Part shown: piece after piece, positions 52,501 to 64,000 of the stretch | Layout: each line of letters starts with the position of its first letter | How positions within the stretch are numbered: position 1 is the stretch's first letter | From: the human T2T-CHM13v2.0 reference genome, Homo sapiens | NCBI RefSeq assembly: GCF_009914755.1 | Contig: NC_060934.1 | Length of the DNA stretch: 64,000 bases | Reading direction: 5' to 3' (one strand) | Position numbers and translations under genes: made by a program | The notes under the pieces: model-generated | Seen by the model: the letters and a program-made list of their open reading frames with translations, nothing else | Told to the model about the DNA's origin: nothing | Database searches by the model: none

Positions 52501-55500
52501 AGTTTGGAAACACTCTATTTGTAAAGTCTGCAAGTGGATATTTGGACCTCTTTGAGGCCTTCGTTGGAAACGGGATTTCTTCATACAACGCTAGACAGAA
52601 GAATTCTCAGTAACTTCTTTGTGTTGTGTGTATTCAACTCACAGAGTTGAACCTTTCTTTAGAGAGAGCAGAGTTGAAACACTCTGTTTTTGGAATTTGC
52701 AACTGCAGATTTCAAGCGATTCTAGGCCTATGGCAGAAAAGGAAATATCTTCGTATAAAAACTACACAGAATCATTCTCAACAACTACTTTGTGATGTGT
52801 GCGTTCAACTCACAGAGTTTAACCTTTCTTTTCATAGAGCAGTTTGGAAACACTCTGTTTGTAAAGCCTGCAAGTGCTTTTTTGGACTTCATTGAGGCCT
52901 TCGTTGGAAACGGGATTTCTTCATATAATGCTAGACAGAAGAATTCTCAGTCACTTCTTTGTGTTGTGTGTATTCAAGTCACAGAGTTGAACCTTCCTTT
53001 AGACAGAGCAGTTTTGAAAAATTCTTTCTGTGGAGTTTGCAAGTGGAGATTTCAAGCGATTTGAGGCTAATCTTTGAAATGGAAATATCTTCGTGTAAAA
53101 ACTACACAGAATCATTCTCAGAAACTGCTTTGTCATCTGTGCGTTCAGTTCACAGAGTTTCACCTTTCTCTTCATAGAGCAGTTTGGAAAGACTCTGTCT
53201 GTAAAGTCTGCAAGTGATTACTTAGACCCCTTTGAGGCCTTCGTTGGAAGCGGGATTTCTCATTTACTGCTAGACAGAAGAATTCTCAGTAAATCCTTTG
53301 TGTTGTGTGTATTCAACTCACAGAGTGGAACCTTCCTTTATTCAGAGCAGTTTTGAAAAACACTTTTTGTGGAATTTGCAAGTGGAGATTTCAAGCGATT
53401 TGACGCCAATCTTAGACATGGAAATATCTTCATATTAAAAGTACACAGAGTCATTCGTAGAAACTAGTTTGTGATGTGTGCCTTCAACTCACAGAGTTTA
53501 ACCTTTCTTTTCATAGAGCAGTTTGGAAACACTCTTTTTGTAAAGTCTGCAAGTGGATATTTGGACCTCTTTGAGGCCTTCGTTGGAAACGGGATTTCTT
53601 CATACAACGCTAGACAGAAGAATTCTCAGTAACTTCTTTGTGTTGTGTGTATTCAACTCACAGAGTTGAACCTTTCTTTAGAGAGAGCAGAGTTGAAACA
53701 CTCTGTTTTTGGAATTTGCAACTGCAGATTTCAAGCGATTCTAGGCCTATGGCAGAAAAGGAAATATCTTCGTATAAAAACTACACAGAATCATTCTCAA
53801 CAACTACTTTGTGATGTGTGCGTTCAACTCACAGAGTTTAACCTTTCTTTTCATAGAGCAGTTCGGAAACACTCTGTTTGTAAAGACTGCAAGTGCTTTT
53901 TTGGACTTCATTGAGGCCTTCGTTGGAAACGGGATTTCTTCATGTAATGCTAGACAGAAGAATTCTCAGTCACTTCTTTGTGTTGTGTGTATTCAAGTCA
54001 CAGAGTTGAACCTTCCTTTAGACAGAGCACTTTTGAAAAATTCTTTCTGTGTAATTTGCAAGTGGAGATTTCAAGCGATTTGAGGCTAATCTTTGAAATG
54101 GAAATATCTTCGTGTAAAAACTACACAGAATCATTCTCAGAAACTGCTTTGTCATCTGTGCGTTCAGTTCACAGAGTTTCACCTTTCTCTTCATAGAGCA
54201 GTTTGGAAAGACTCTGTCTGTAAAGTCTGCAAGTGATTAGTTAGACCCCTTTGAGGCCTTCGTTGGAAGCGGGATTTCTCATTTACTGCTAGACAGAAGA
54301 ATTCTCAGTAAATCCTTTGTGTTGTGTGTATTCAACTCACAGAGTGGAACCTTCCTTTATTCAGAGCAGTTTTGAAACACTCTTTTTGTGGAATTTGCAA
54401 GTGGAGATTTCAAGCGATTTGACGCCAATCTTAGACATGGAAATATCTTCATATTAAAAGTACACAGAGTCATTCGTAGAAACTAGTTTGTGATGTGTGC
54501 CTTCAACTCACAGAGTTTAACCTTTCTTTTCATAGAGCAGTTGGGAAACACTCTATTTGTAAAGTCTGCAAGTGGATATTTGGACCTCTTTGAGGCCTTC
54601 GTTGGAAACGGGATTTCTTCATATAACGCTAGACAGAAGAATTCTCAGTAACTTCTTTGTGTTGTGTGTATTCAACTCACAGAGTTGAACCTTTCTTTAG
54701 AGGGAGCAGAGGTGAAACACTCTTTTTGTGGAATTTGCTAGTGTAGATTTCAAACGCTTCGAAGACAGTGATAGAAAAGGATATATCTTCGTATTAAAAG
54801 TAGACAAAATCATTCTCAGAAAACTCTTTGTGATGTGTGTGTTCAACTCACAGAGTTTAACCTTTCTTTAATCGAGCAGTTTGGAAATACACTCTTTGTA
54901 AGTCTGCAGGTGGATATTTGGCCCTCTTTGAGCCCTTCGTTGGAAACGGGATTTCCTCATATAATGCTAGACAGAAGAATTCTCAGTAACTTCTTTGTGT
55001 TGTTTGTATTCAACACACAGATTTGAACCTTCCTTTAGAGAGAGCAGATTTGAAACACTCTGTTTTTGGAATTTGCAAGTGCAGATTTCAAGCGCTTCTA
55101 GGCCTATGGCAGAAAAGGAAATATCTTCGTATAAAAACTACACAGAATCATTCTCAACAACTACTTTGTGATGTGTGCGTTCAACTCACAGAGTTTAACC
55201 TTTCTTTTCATAGAGCAATTTGGAAACACTCTGTTTGTAAAGCCTGCAAGTGCTTTTTTGGACTTCATTGAGGCCTTCGTTGGAAACGGGATTTCTTCAT
55301 ATAATGCTAGACAGAAGAATTCTCAGTCACTTCTTTGTGTTGTGTGTATTCAAGTCACAGAGTTGAACCTTCCTTTAGACAGAGCAGTTTTGAAAAATTC
55401 TTTCTGTGGAGTTTGCAAGTGGAGATTTCAAGCGATTTGAGGCTAATCTTTGAAATGGAAATATCTTCGTGTAAAAACTACACAGAATCATTCTCAGAAA

Positions 55501-58500
55501 CTGCTTTGTCATCTGTGCGTTCAGTTCACAGAGTTTCACCTTTCTCTTCATAGAGCAGTTTGGAAAGACTCTGTCTGTAAAGTCTGCAAGTGATTAGTTA
55601 GACCCCTTTGAGGCCTTCGTTGGAAGCGGGATTTCTCATTTACTGCTAGACAGAAGAATTCTCAGTAAATCCTTTGTGTTGTGTGTATTCAACTCACAGA
55701 GTGGAACCTTCCTTTATTCAGAGCAGTTTTGAAAAACACTTTTTGTGGAATTTGCAAGTGGAGATTTCAAGCGATTTGACGCCAATCTTAGACATGGAAA
55801 TGTCTTCATATTAAAAGTACACAGAGTCATTCGTAGAAACTAGTTTGTGATGTGTGCCTTCAACTCACAGAGTTTAACCTTTCTTTTCATAGAGCAGTTT
55901 GGAAACACTCTATTTGTAAAGTCTGCAAGTGGATATTTGGACCTCTTTGAGGCCTTCGTTGGAAACGGGATTTCTTCATACAACGCTAGACAGAAGAATT
56001 CTCAGTAACTTCTTTGTGTTGTGTGTATTCAACTCACAGAGTTGAACCTTTCTTTAGAGAGAGCAGAGTTGAAACACTCTGTTTTTGGAATTTGCAACTG
56101 CAGATTTCAAGCGATTCTAGGCCTATGGCAGAAAAGGAAATATCTTCGTATAAAAACTACACAGAATCATTCTCAACAACTACTTTGTGATGTGTGCGTT
56201 CAACTCACAGAGTTTAACCTTTCTTTTCATAGAGCAGTTTGGAAACACTCTGTTTGTAAAGCCTGCAAGTGCTTTTTTGGACTTCATTGAGGCCTTCGTT
56301 GGAAACGGGATTTCTTCATATAATGCTAGACAGAAGAATTCTCAGTCACTTCTTTGTGTTGTGTGTATTCAAGTCACAGAGTTGAACCTTCCTTTAGACA
56401 GAGCAGTTTTGAAAAATTCTTTCTGTGGAGTTTGCAAGTGGAGATTTCAAGCGATTTGAGGCTAATCTTTGAAATGGAAATATCTTCGTGTAAAAACTAC
56501 ACAGAATCATTCTCAGAAACTGCTTTGTCATCTGTGCGTTCAGTTCACAGAGTTTCACCTTTCTCTTCATAGAGCAGTTTGGAAAGACTCTGTCTGTAAA
56601 GTCTGCAAGTGATTACTTAGACCCCTTTGAGGCCTTCGTTGGAAGCGGGATTTCTCATTTACTGCTAGACAGAAGAATTCTCAGTAAATCCTTTGTGTTG
56701 TGTGTATTCAACTCACAGAGTGGAACCTTCCTTTATTCAGAGCAGTTTTGAAAAACACTTTTTGTGGAATTTGCAAGTGGAGATTTCAAGCGATTTGACG
56801 CCAATCTTAGACATGGAAATATCTTCATATTAAAAGTACACAGAGTCATTCGTAGAAACTAGTTTGTGATGTGTGCCTTCAACTCACAGAGTTTAACCTT
56901 TCTTTTCATAGAGCAGTTTGGAAACACTCTTTTTGTAAAGTCTGCAAGTGTATATTTGGACCTCTTTGAGGCCTTCGTTGGAAACGGGATTTCTTCATAC
57001 AACGCTAGACAGAAGAATTCTCAGTAACTTCTTTGTGTTGTGTGTATTCAACTCACAGAGTTGAACCTTTCTTTAGAGAGAGCAGAGTTGAAACACTCTG
57101 TTTTTGGAATTTGCAACTGCAGATTTCAAGCGATTCTAGGCCTATGGCAGAAAAGGAAATATCTTCGTATAAAAACTACACAGAATCATTCTCAACAACT
57201 ACTTTGTGATGTGTGCGTTCAACTCACAGAGTTTAACCTTTCTTTTCATAGAGCAGTTCGGAAACACTCTGTTTGTAAAGACTGCAAGTGCTTTTTTGGA
57301 CTTCATTGAGGCCTTCGTTGGAAACGGGATTTCTTCATGTAATGCTAGACAGAAGAATTCTCAGTCACTTCTTTGTGTTGTGTGTATTCAAGTCACAGAG
57401 TTGAACCTTCCTTTAGACAGAGCACTTTTGAAAAATTCTTTCTGTGTAATTTGCAAGTGGAGATTTCAAGCGATTTGAGGCTAATCTTTGAAATGGAAAT
57501 ATCTTCGTGTAAAAACTACACAGAATCATTCTCAGAAACTGCTTTGTCATCTGTGCGTTCAGTTCACAGAGTTTCACCTTTCTCTTCATAGAGCAGTTTG
57601 GAAAGACTCTGTCTGTAAAGTCTGCAAGTGATTAGTTAGACCCCTTTGAGGCCTTCGTTGGAAGCGGGATTTCTCATTTACTGCTAGACAGAAGAATTCT
57701 CAGTAAATCCTTTGTGTTGTGTGTATTCAACTCACAGAGTGGAACCTTCCTTTATTCAGAGCAGTTTTGAAACACTCTTTTTGTGGAATTTGCAAGTGGA
57801 GATTTCAAGCGATTTGACGCCAATCTTAGACATGGAAATATCTTCATATTAAAAGTACACAGAGTCATTCGTAGAAACTAGTTTGTGATGTGTGCCTTCA
57901 ACTCACAGAGTTTAACCTTTCTTTTCATAGAGCAGTTGGGAAACACTCTATTTGTAAAGTCTGCAAGTGGATATTTGGACCTCTTTGAGGCCTTCGTTGG
58001 AAACGGGATTTCTTCATATAACGCTAGACAGAAGAATTCTCAGTAACTTCTTTGTGTTGTGTGTATTCAACTCACAGAGTTGAACCTTTCTTTAGAGGGA
58101 GCAGAGGTGAAACACTCTTTTTGTGGAATTTGCTAGTGTAGATTTCAAACGCTTCGAAGACAGTGATAGAAAAGGATATATCTTCGTATTAAAAGTAGAC
58201 AAAATCATTCTCAGAAAACTCTTTGTGATGTGTGTGTTCAACTCACAGAGTTTAACCTTTCTTTAATCGAGCAGTTTGGAAATACACTCTTTGTAAGTCT
58301 GCAGGTGGATATTTGGCCCTCTTTGAGCCCTTCGTTGGAAACGGGATTTCCTCATATAATGCTAGACAGAAGAATTCTCAGTAACTTCTTTGTGTTGTTT
58401 GTATTCAACACACAGATTTGAACCTTCCTTTAGAGAGAGCAGATTTGAAACACTCTGTTTTTGGAATTTGCAAGTGCAGATTTCAAGCGCTTCTAGGCCT

Positions 58501-61500
58501 ATGGCAGAAAAGGAAATATCTTCGTATAAAAACTACACAGAATCATTCTCAACAACTACTTTGTGATGTGTGCGTTCAACTCACAGAGTTTAACCTTTCT
58601 TTTCATAGAGCAATTTGGAAACACTCTGTTTGTAAAGCCTGCAAGTGCTTTTTTGGACTTCATTGAGGCCTTCGTTGGAAACGGGATTTCTTCATATAAT
58701 GCTAGACAGAAGAATTCTCAGTCACTTCTTTGTGTTGTGTGTATTCAAGTCACAGAGTTGAACCTTCCTTTAGACAGAGCAGTTTTGAAAAATTCTTTCT
58801 GTGGAGTTTGCAAGTGGAGATTTCAAGCGATTTGAGGCTAATCTTTGAAATGGAAATATCTTCGTGTAAAAACTACACAGAATCATTCTCAGAAACTGCT
58901 TTGTCATCTGTGCGTTCAGTTCACAGAGTTTCACCTTTCTCTTCATAGAGCAGTTTGGAAAGACTCTGTCTGTAAAGTCTGCAAGTGATTAGTTAGACCC
59001 CTTTGAGGCCTTCGTTGGAAGCGGGATTTCTCATTTACTGCTAGACAGAAGAATTCTCAGTAAATCCTTTGTGTTGTGTGTATTCAACTCACAGAGTGGA
59101 ACCTTCCTTTATTCAGAGCAGTTTTGAAAAACACTTTTTGTGGAATTTGCAAGTGGAGATTTCAAGCGATTTGACGCCAATCTTAGACATGGAAATGTCT
59201 TCATATTAAAAGTACACAGAGTCATTCGTAGAAACTAGTTTGTGATGTGTGCCTTCAACTCACAGAGTTTAACCTTTCTTTTCATAGAGCAGTTTGGAAA
59301 CACTCTATTTGTAAAGTCTGCAAGTGGATATTTGGACCTCTTTGAGGCCTTCGTTGGAAACGGGATTTCTTCATACAACGCTAGACAGAAGAATTCTCAG
59401 TAACTTCTTTGTGTTGTGTGTATTCAACTCACAGAGTTGAACCTTTCTTTAGAGAGAGCAGAGTTGAAACACTCTGTTTTTGGAATTTGCAACTGCAGAT
59501 TTCAAGCGATTCTAGGCCAATGGCAGAAAAGGAAATATCTTCGTATAAAAACTACACAGAATCATTCTCAACAACTACTTTGTGATGTGTGCGTTCAACT
59601 CACAGAGTTTAACCTTTCTTTTCATAGAGCAGTTTGGAAACACTCTGTTTGTAAAGCCTGCAAGTGCTTTTTTGGACTTCATTGAGGCCTTCGTTGGAAA
59701 CGGGATTTCTTCATGTAATGCTAGACAGAAGAATTCTCAGTCACTTCTTTGTGTTGTGTGTATTCAAGTCACAGAGTTGAACCTTCCTTTAGACAGAGCA
59801 GTTTTGAAAAATTCTTTCTGTGGAGTTTGCAAGTGGAGATTTCAAGCGATTTGAGGCTAATCTTTGAAATGGAAATATCTTCGTGTAAAAACTACACAGA
59901 ATCATTCTCAGAAACTGCTTTGTCATCTGTGCGTTCAGTTCACAGAGTTTCACCTTTCTCTTCATAGAGCAGTTTGGAAAGACTCTGTCTGTAAAGTCTG
60001 CAAGTGATTAGTTAGACCCCTTTGAGGCCTTCGTTGGAAGCGGGATTTCTCATTTACTGCTAGACAGAAGAATTCTCAGTAAATCCTTTGTGTTGTGTGT
60101 ATTCAACTCACAGAGTGGAACCTTCCTTTATTCAGAGCAGTTTTGAAACACTCTTTTTGTGGAATTTGCAAGTGGAGATTTCAAGCGATTTGACGCCAAT
60201 CTTAGACATGGAAATATCTTCATATTAAAAGTACACAGAGTCATTCGTAGAAACTAGTTTGTGATGTGTGCCTTCAACTCACAGAGTTTAACCTTTCTTT
60301 TCATAGAGCAGTTGGGAAACACTCTATTTGTAAAGTCTGCAAGTGGATATTTGGACCTCTTTGAGGCCTTCGTTGGAAACGGGATTTCTTCATATAACGC
60401 TAGACAGAAGAATTCTCAGTAACTTCTTTGTGTTGTGTGTATTCAACTCACAGAGTTGAACCTTTCTTTAGAGGGAGCAGAGGTGAAACACTCTTTTTGT
60501 GGAATTTGCTAGTGTAGATTTCAAACGCTTCGAAGACAGTGATAGAAAAGGATATATCTTCGTATTAAAAGTAGACAAAATCATTCTCAGAAAACTCTTT
60601 GTGATGTGTGTGTTCAACTCACAGAGTTTAACCTTTCTTTAATCGAGCAGTTTGGAAATACACTCTTTGTAAGTCTGCAGGTGGATATTTGGCCCTCTTT
60701 GAGCCCTTCGTTGGAAACGGGATTTCCTCATATAATGCTAGACAGAAGAATTCTCAGTAACTTCTTTGTGTTGTTTGTATTCAACACACAGATTTGAACC
60801 TTCCTTTAGAGAGAGCAGATTTGAAACACTCTGTTTTTGGAATTTGCAAGTGCAGATTTCAAGCGCTTCTAGGCCTATGGCAGAAAAGGAAATATCTTCG
60901 TATAAAAACTACACAGAATCATTCTCAACAACTACTTTGTGATGTGTGCGTTCAACTCACAGAGTTTAACCTTTCTTTTCATAGAGCAGTTTGGAAACAC
61001 TCTGTTTGTAAAGCCTGCAAGTGCTTTTTTGGACTTCATTGAGGCCTTCGTTGGAAACGGGATTTCTTCATATAATGCTAGACAGAAGAATTCTCAGTCA
61101 CTTCTTTGTGTTGTGTGTATTCAAGTCACAGAGTTGAACCTTCCTTTAGACAGAGCAGTTTTGAAAAATTCTTTCTGTGGAGTTTGCAAGTGGAGATTTC
61201 AAGCGATTTGAGGCTAATCTTTGAAATGGAAATATCTTCGTGTAAAAACTACACAGAATCATTCTCAGAAACTGCTTTGTCATCTGTGCGTTCAGTTCAC
61301 AGAGTTTCACCTTTCTCTTCATAGAGCAGTTTGGAAAGACTCTGTCTGTAAAGTCTGCAAGTGATTAGTTAGACCCCTTTGAGGCCTTCGTTGGAAGCGG
61401 GATTTCTCATTTACTGCTAGACAGAAGAATTCTCAGTAAATCCTTTGTGTTGTGTGTATTCAACTCACAGAGTGGAACCTTCCTTTATTCAGAGCAGTTT

Positions 61501-64000
61501 TGAAAAACACTTTTTGTGGAATTTGCAAGTGGAGATTTCAAGCGATTTGACGCCAATCTTAGACATGGAAATATCTTCATATTAAAAGTACACAGAGTCA
61601 TTCGTAGAAACTAGTTTGTGATGTGTGCCTTCAACTCACAGAGTTTAACCTTTCTTTTCATAGAGCAGTTTGGAAACACTCTATTTGTAAAGTCTGCAAG
61701 TGGATATTTGGACCTCTTTGAGGCCTTCGTTGGAAACGGGATTTCTTCATACAACGCTAGACAGAAGAATTCTCAGTAACTTCTTTGTGTTGTGTGTATT
61801 CAACTCACAGAGTTGAACCTTTCTTTAGAGAGAGCAGAGTTGAAACACTCTGTTTTTGGAATTTGCAACTGCAGATTTCAAGCGATTCTAGGCCTATGGC
61901 AGAAAAGGAAATATCTTCGTATAAAAACTACACAGAATCATTCTCAACAACTACTTTGTGATGTGTGCGTTCAACTCACAGAGTTTAACCTTTCTTTTCA
62001 TAGAGCAGTTTGGAAACACTCTGTTTGTAAAGCCTGCAAGTGCTTTTTTGGACTTCATTGAGGCCTTCGTTGGAAACGGGATTTCTTCATATAATGCTAG
62101 ACAGAAGAATTCTCAGTCACTTCTTTGTGTTGTGTGTATTCAAGTCACAGAGTTGAACCTTCCTTTAGACAGAGCAGTTTTGAAAAATTCTTTCTGTGGA
62201 GTTTGCAAGTGGAGATTTCAAGCGATTTGAGGCTAATCTTTGAAATGGAAATATCTTCGTGTAAAAACTACACAGAATCATTCTCAGAAACTGCTTTGTC
62301 ATCTGTGCGTTCAGTTCACAGAGTTTCACCTTTCTCTTCATAGAGCAGTTTGGAAAGACTCTGTCTGTAAAGTCTGCAAGTGATTAGTTAGACCCCTTTG
62401 AGGCCTTCGTTGGAAGCGGGATTTCTCATTTACTGCTAGACAGAAGAATTCTCAGTAAATCCTTTGTGTTGTGTGTATTCAACTCACAGAGTGGAACCTT
62501 CCTTTATTCAGAGCAGTTTTGAAACACTCTTTTTGTGGAATTTGCAAGTGGAGATTTCAAGCGATTTGACGCCAATCTTAGACATGGAAATATCTTCATA
62601 TTAAAAGTACACAGAGTCATTCGTAGAAACTAGTTTGTGATGTGTGCCTTCAACTCACAGAGTTTAACCTTTCTTTTCATAGAGCAGTTGGGAAACACTC
62701 TTTTTGTAAAGTCTGCAAGTGGATATTTGGACCTCTTTGAGGCCTTCGTTGGAAACGGGATTTCTTCATACAACGCTAGACAGAAGAATTCTCAGTAACT
62801 TCTTTGTGTTGTGTGTATTCAACTCACAGAGTTGAACCTTTCTTTAGAGAGAGCAGAGTTGAAACACTCTGTTTTTGGAATTTGCAACTGCAGATTTCAA
62901 GCGATTCTAGGCCTATGGCAGAAAAGGAAATATCTTCGTATAAAAACTACACAGAATCATTCTCAACAACTACTTTGTGATGTGTGCGTTCAACTCACAG
63001 AGTTTAACCTTTCTTTTCATAGAGCAGTTCGGAAACACTCTGTTTGTAAAGACTGCAAGTGCTTTTTTGGACTTCATTGAGGCCTTCGTTGGAAACGGGA
63101 TTTCTTCATGTAATGCTAGACAGAAGAATTCTCAGTCACTTCTTTGTGTTGTGTGTATTCAAGTCACAGAGTTGAACCTTCCTTTAGACAGAGCACTTTT
63201 GAAAAATTCTTTCTGTGTAATTTGCAAGTGGAGATTTCAAGCGATTTGAGGCTAATCTTTGAAATGGAAATATCTTCGTGTAAAAACTACACAGAATCAT
63301 TCTCAGAAACTGCTTTGTCATCTGTGCGTTCAGTTCACAGAGTTTCACCTTTCTCTTCATAGAGCAGTTTGGAAAGACTCTGTCTGTAAAGTCTGCAAGT
63401 GATTAGTTAGACCCCTTTGAGGCCTTCGTTGGAAGCGGGATTTCTCATTTACTGCTAGACAGAAGAATTCTCAGTAAATCCTTTGTGTTGTGTGTATTCA
63501 ACTCACAGAGTGGAACCTTCCTTTATTCAGAGCAGTTTTGAAACACTCTTTTTGTGGAATTTGCAAGTGGAGATTTCAAGCGATTTGACGCCAATCTTAG
63601 ACATGGAAATATCTTCATATTAAAAGTACACAGAGTCATTCGTAGAAACTAGTTTGTGATGTGTGCCTTCAACTCACAGAGTTTAACCTTTCTTTTCATA
63701 GAGCAGTTGGGAAACACTCTATTTGTAAAGTCTGCAAGTGGATATTTGGACCTCTTTGAGGCCTTCGTTGGAAACGGGATTTCTTCATATAACGCTAGAC
63801 AGAAGAATTCTCAGTAACTTCTTTGTGTTGTGTGTATTCAACTCACAGAGTTGAACCTTTCTTTAGAGGGAGCAGAGGTGAAACACTCTTTTTGTGGAAT
63901 TTGCTAGTGTAGATTTCAAACGCTTCGAAGACAGTGATAGAAAAGGATATATCTTCGTATTAAAAGTAGACAAAATCATTCTCAGAAAACTCTTTGTGAT

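Larger units (their letters stand above)
1..64000 (+). repeat. Centromeric alpha-satellite HOR array, dimeric suprachromosomal family 1 type; most likely human chr10 live array D10Z1 (S1C10H1L)
   Basis: Tandem ~170-bp monomers with typical alphoid motifs (TTCAACTCACAGAGTTTAACCTTTCTTTTCATAGAGCAGTTTGGAAACACTCT, GAATCATTCTCAGAAAC). CENP-B box and EcoRI GAATTC (e.g. 332-337) occur in every second monomer. One RsaI GTAC per HOR (e.g. 493-496) gives 1357- and 1019-bp units, matching the 8-mer/6-mer RsaI units known for chr10 alphoid DNA. Alpha-satellite identity is near certain; the chromosome assignment is about 0.75. Confidence 0.98.

Noticed and set aside
1-63133. Reading the 8/6 order as an information-bearing code
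   Set aside because: The order is adequately explained by nested duplications traced by SNVs, and nothing in the sequence supports a function for the order.
11-63362. The many short ORFs (63-90 aa) in the ORF track, e.g. MCCVYSSHRVEPS..., MMCAFNSQSLT..., MNLPLERADLK...
   Set aside because: They are five overlapping reading frames of the satellite repeated once per HOR, mostly starting at TTG/GTG, with no recognisable domain. One is broken by a stop at 5555/50356 with no sign of constraint. I used them only as positional and SNV markers.
1-64000. CRISPR-like pattern of a constant motif (CTTCGTTGGAAACGGGA...GCTAGACAGAAGAATTCTCAGT) every ~340 bp
   Set aside because: The intervening sequences are ~300-bp repeated alphoid monomers, not unique 30-40-bp spacers. 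There are no cas genes, and the motif is the CENP-B box region.
1-64000. A previously undescribed gene system, mobile element, L1/Alu insertion or inversion hidden in the array
   Set aside because: Unit lengths sum exactly to 63133 with 1357/1019 spacing throughout, leaving no room for inserted sequence. All anchors are on the same strand.
1-64000. Assignment to other family-1 arrays (chr12 D12Z3 8-mer, chr7 D7Z1 6-mer, chr1/5/19 dimer-based array)
   Set aside because: Roughly equal interleaving of 8-mers and 6-mers with one RsaI site per unit fits chr10 better. These alternatives are not formally excluded without alignment to reference HOR consensuses.
1-64000. Possibility that this is a computationally modelled centromere (GRCh38-style) with meaningless unit order
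   Set aside because: Rare SNVs stay in phase over multi-kb blocks up to 45 kb apart, which a short-memory monomer model should not produce. This looks like a real long-read assembly, though individual junctions still need read validation.

Overview
The whole 64 kb window is one uninterrupted, single-orientation array of human-type centromeric alpha satellite (~170-bp monomers). It has the dimeric suprachromosomal family 1 layout: an EcoRI site and a CENP-B box about every 340 bp. Two higher-order repeats (HORs) build it, an 8-mer of 1357 bp (27 full copies) and a 6-mer of 1019 bp (26 full copies), plus a partial 8-mer at the end (27x1357 + 26x1019 = 63133). Counting units from position 1, the order is 8 6 8 6 6 8 6 6 8 6 6 6 8 8 8 8 8 8 8 6 8 6 6* 6 6 6 8 8 8 8 8 8 8 8 6 8 6 8 6 8 6 6 8 6 6 8 6 6 8 6 8 6 6 (8 partial); 6* is an atypical 6-mer. 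One RsaI site per HOR and the mixed 8-mer/6-mer structure best fit the chromosome 10 live array D10Z1 (inference, not a database hit). I found no genes, RNA genes, transposons, inversions or CRISPR arrays, and the ORF track is only satellite translated repeatedly. I found no new protein-coding or enzymatic system. What is worth a second look is the array's recent history, readable from rare SNVs: nested tandem duplications (1357, 2038, 2714, 3395 and 5428 bp), dispersed multi-kb duplications (offsets 14932/16970, 44801 and 12561), chimeric HORs with crossovers mappable to 11-78 bp, apparent inter-monomer micro-conversions, and one inactivated CENP-B box. SNV calls were made by eye and need confirmation by alignment. 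Monomer numbers m1-m8 are my own, counted from position 1.
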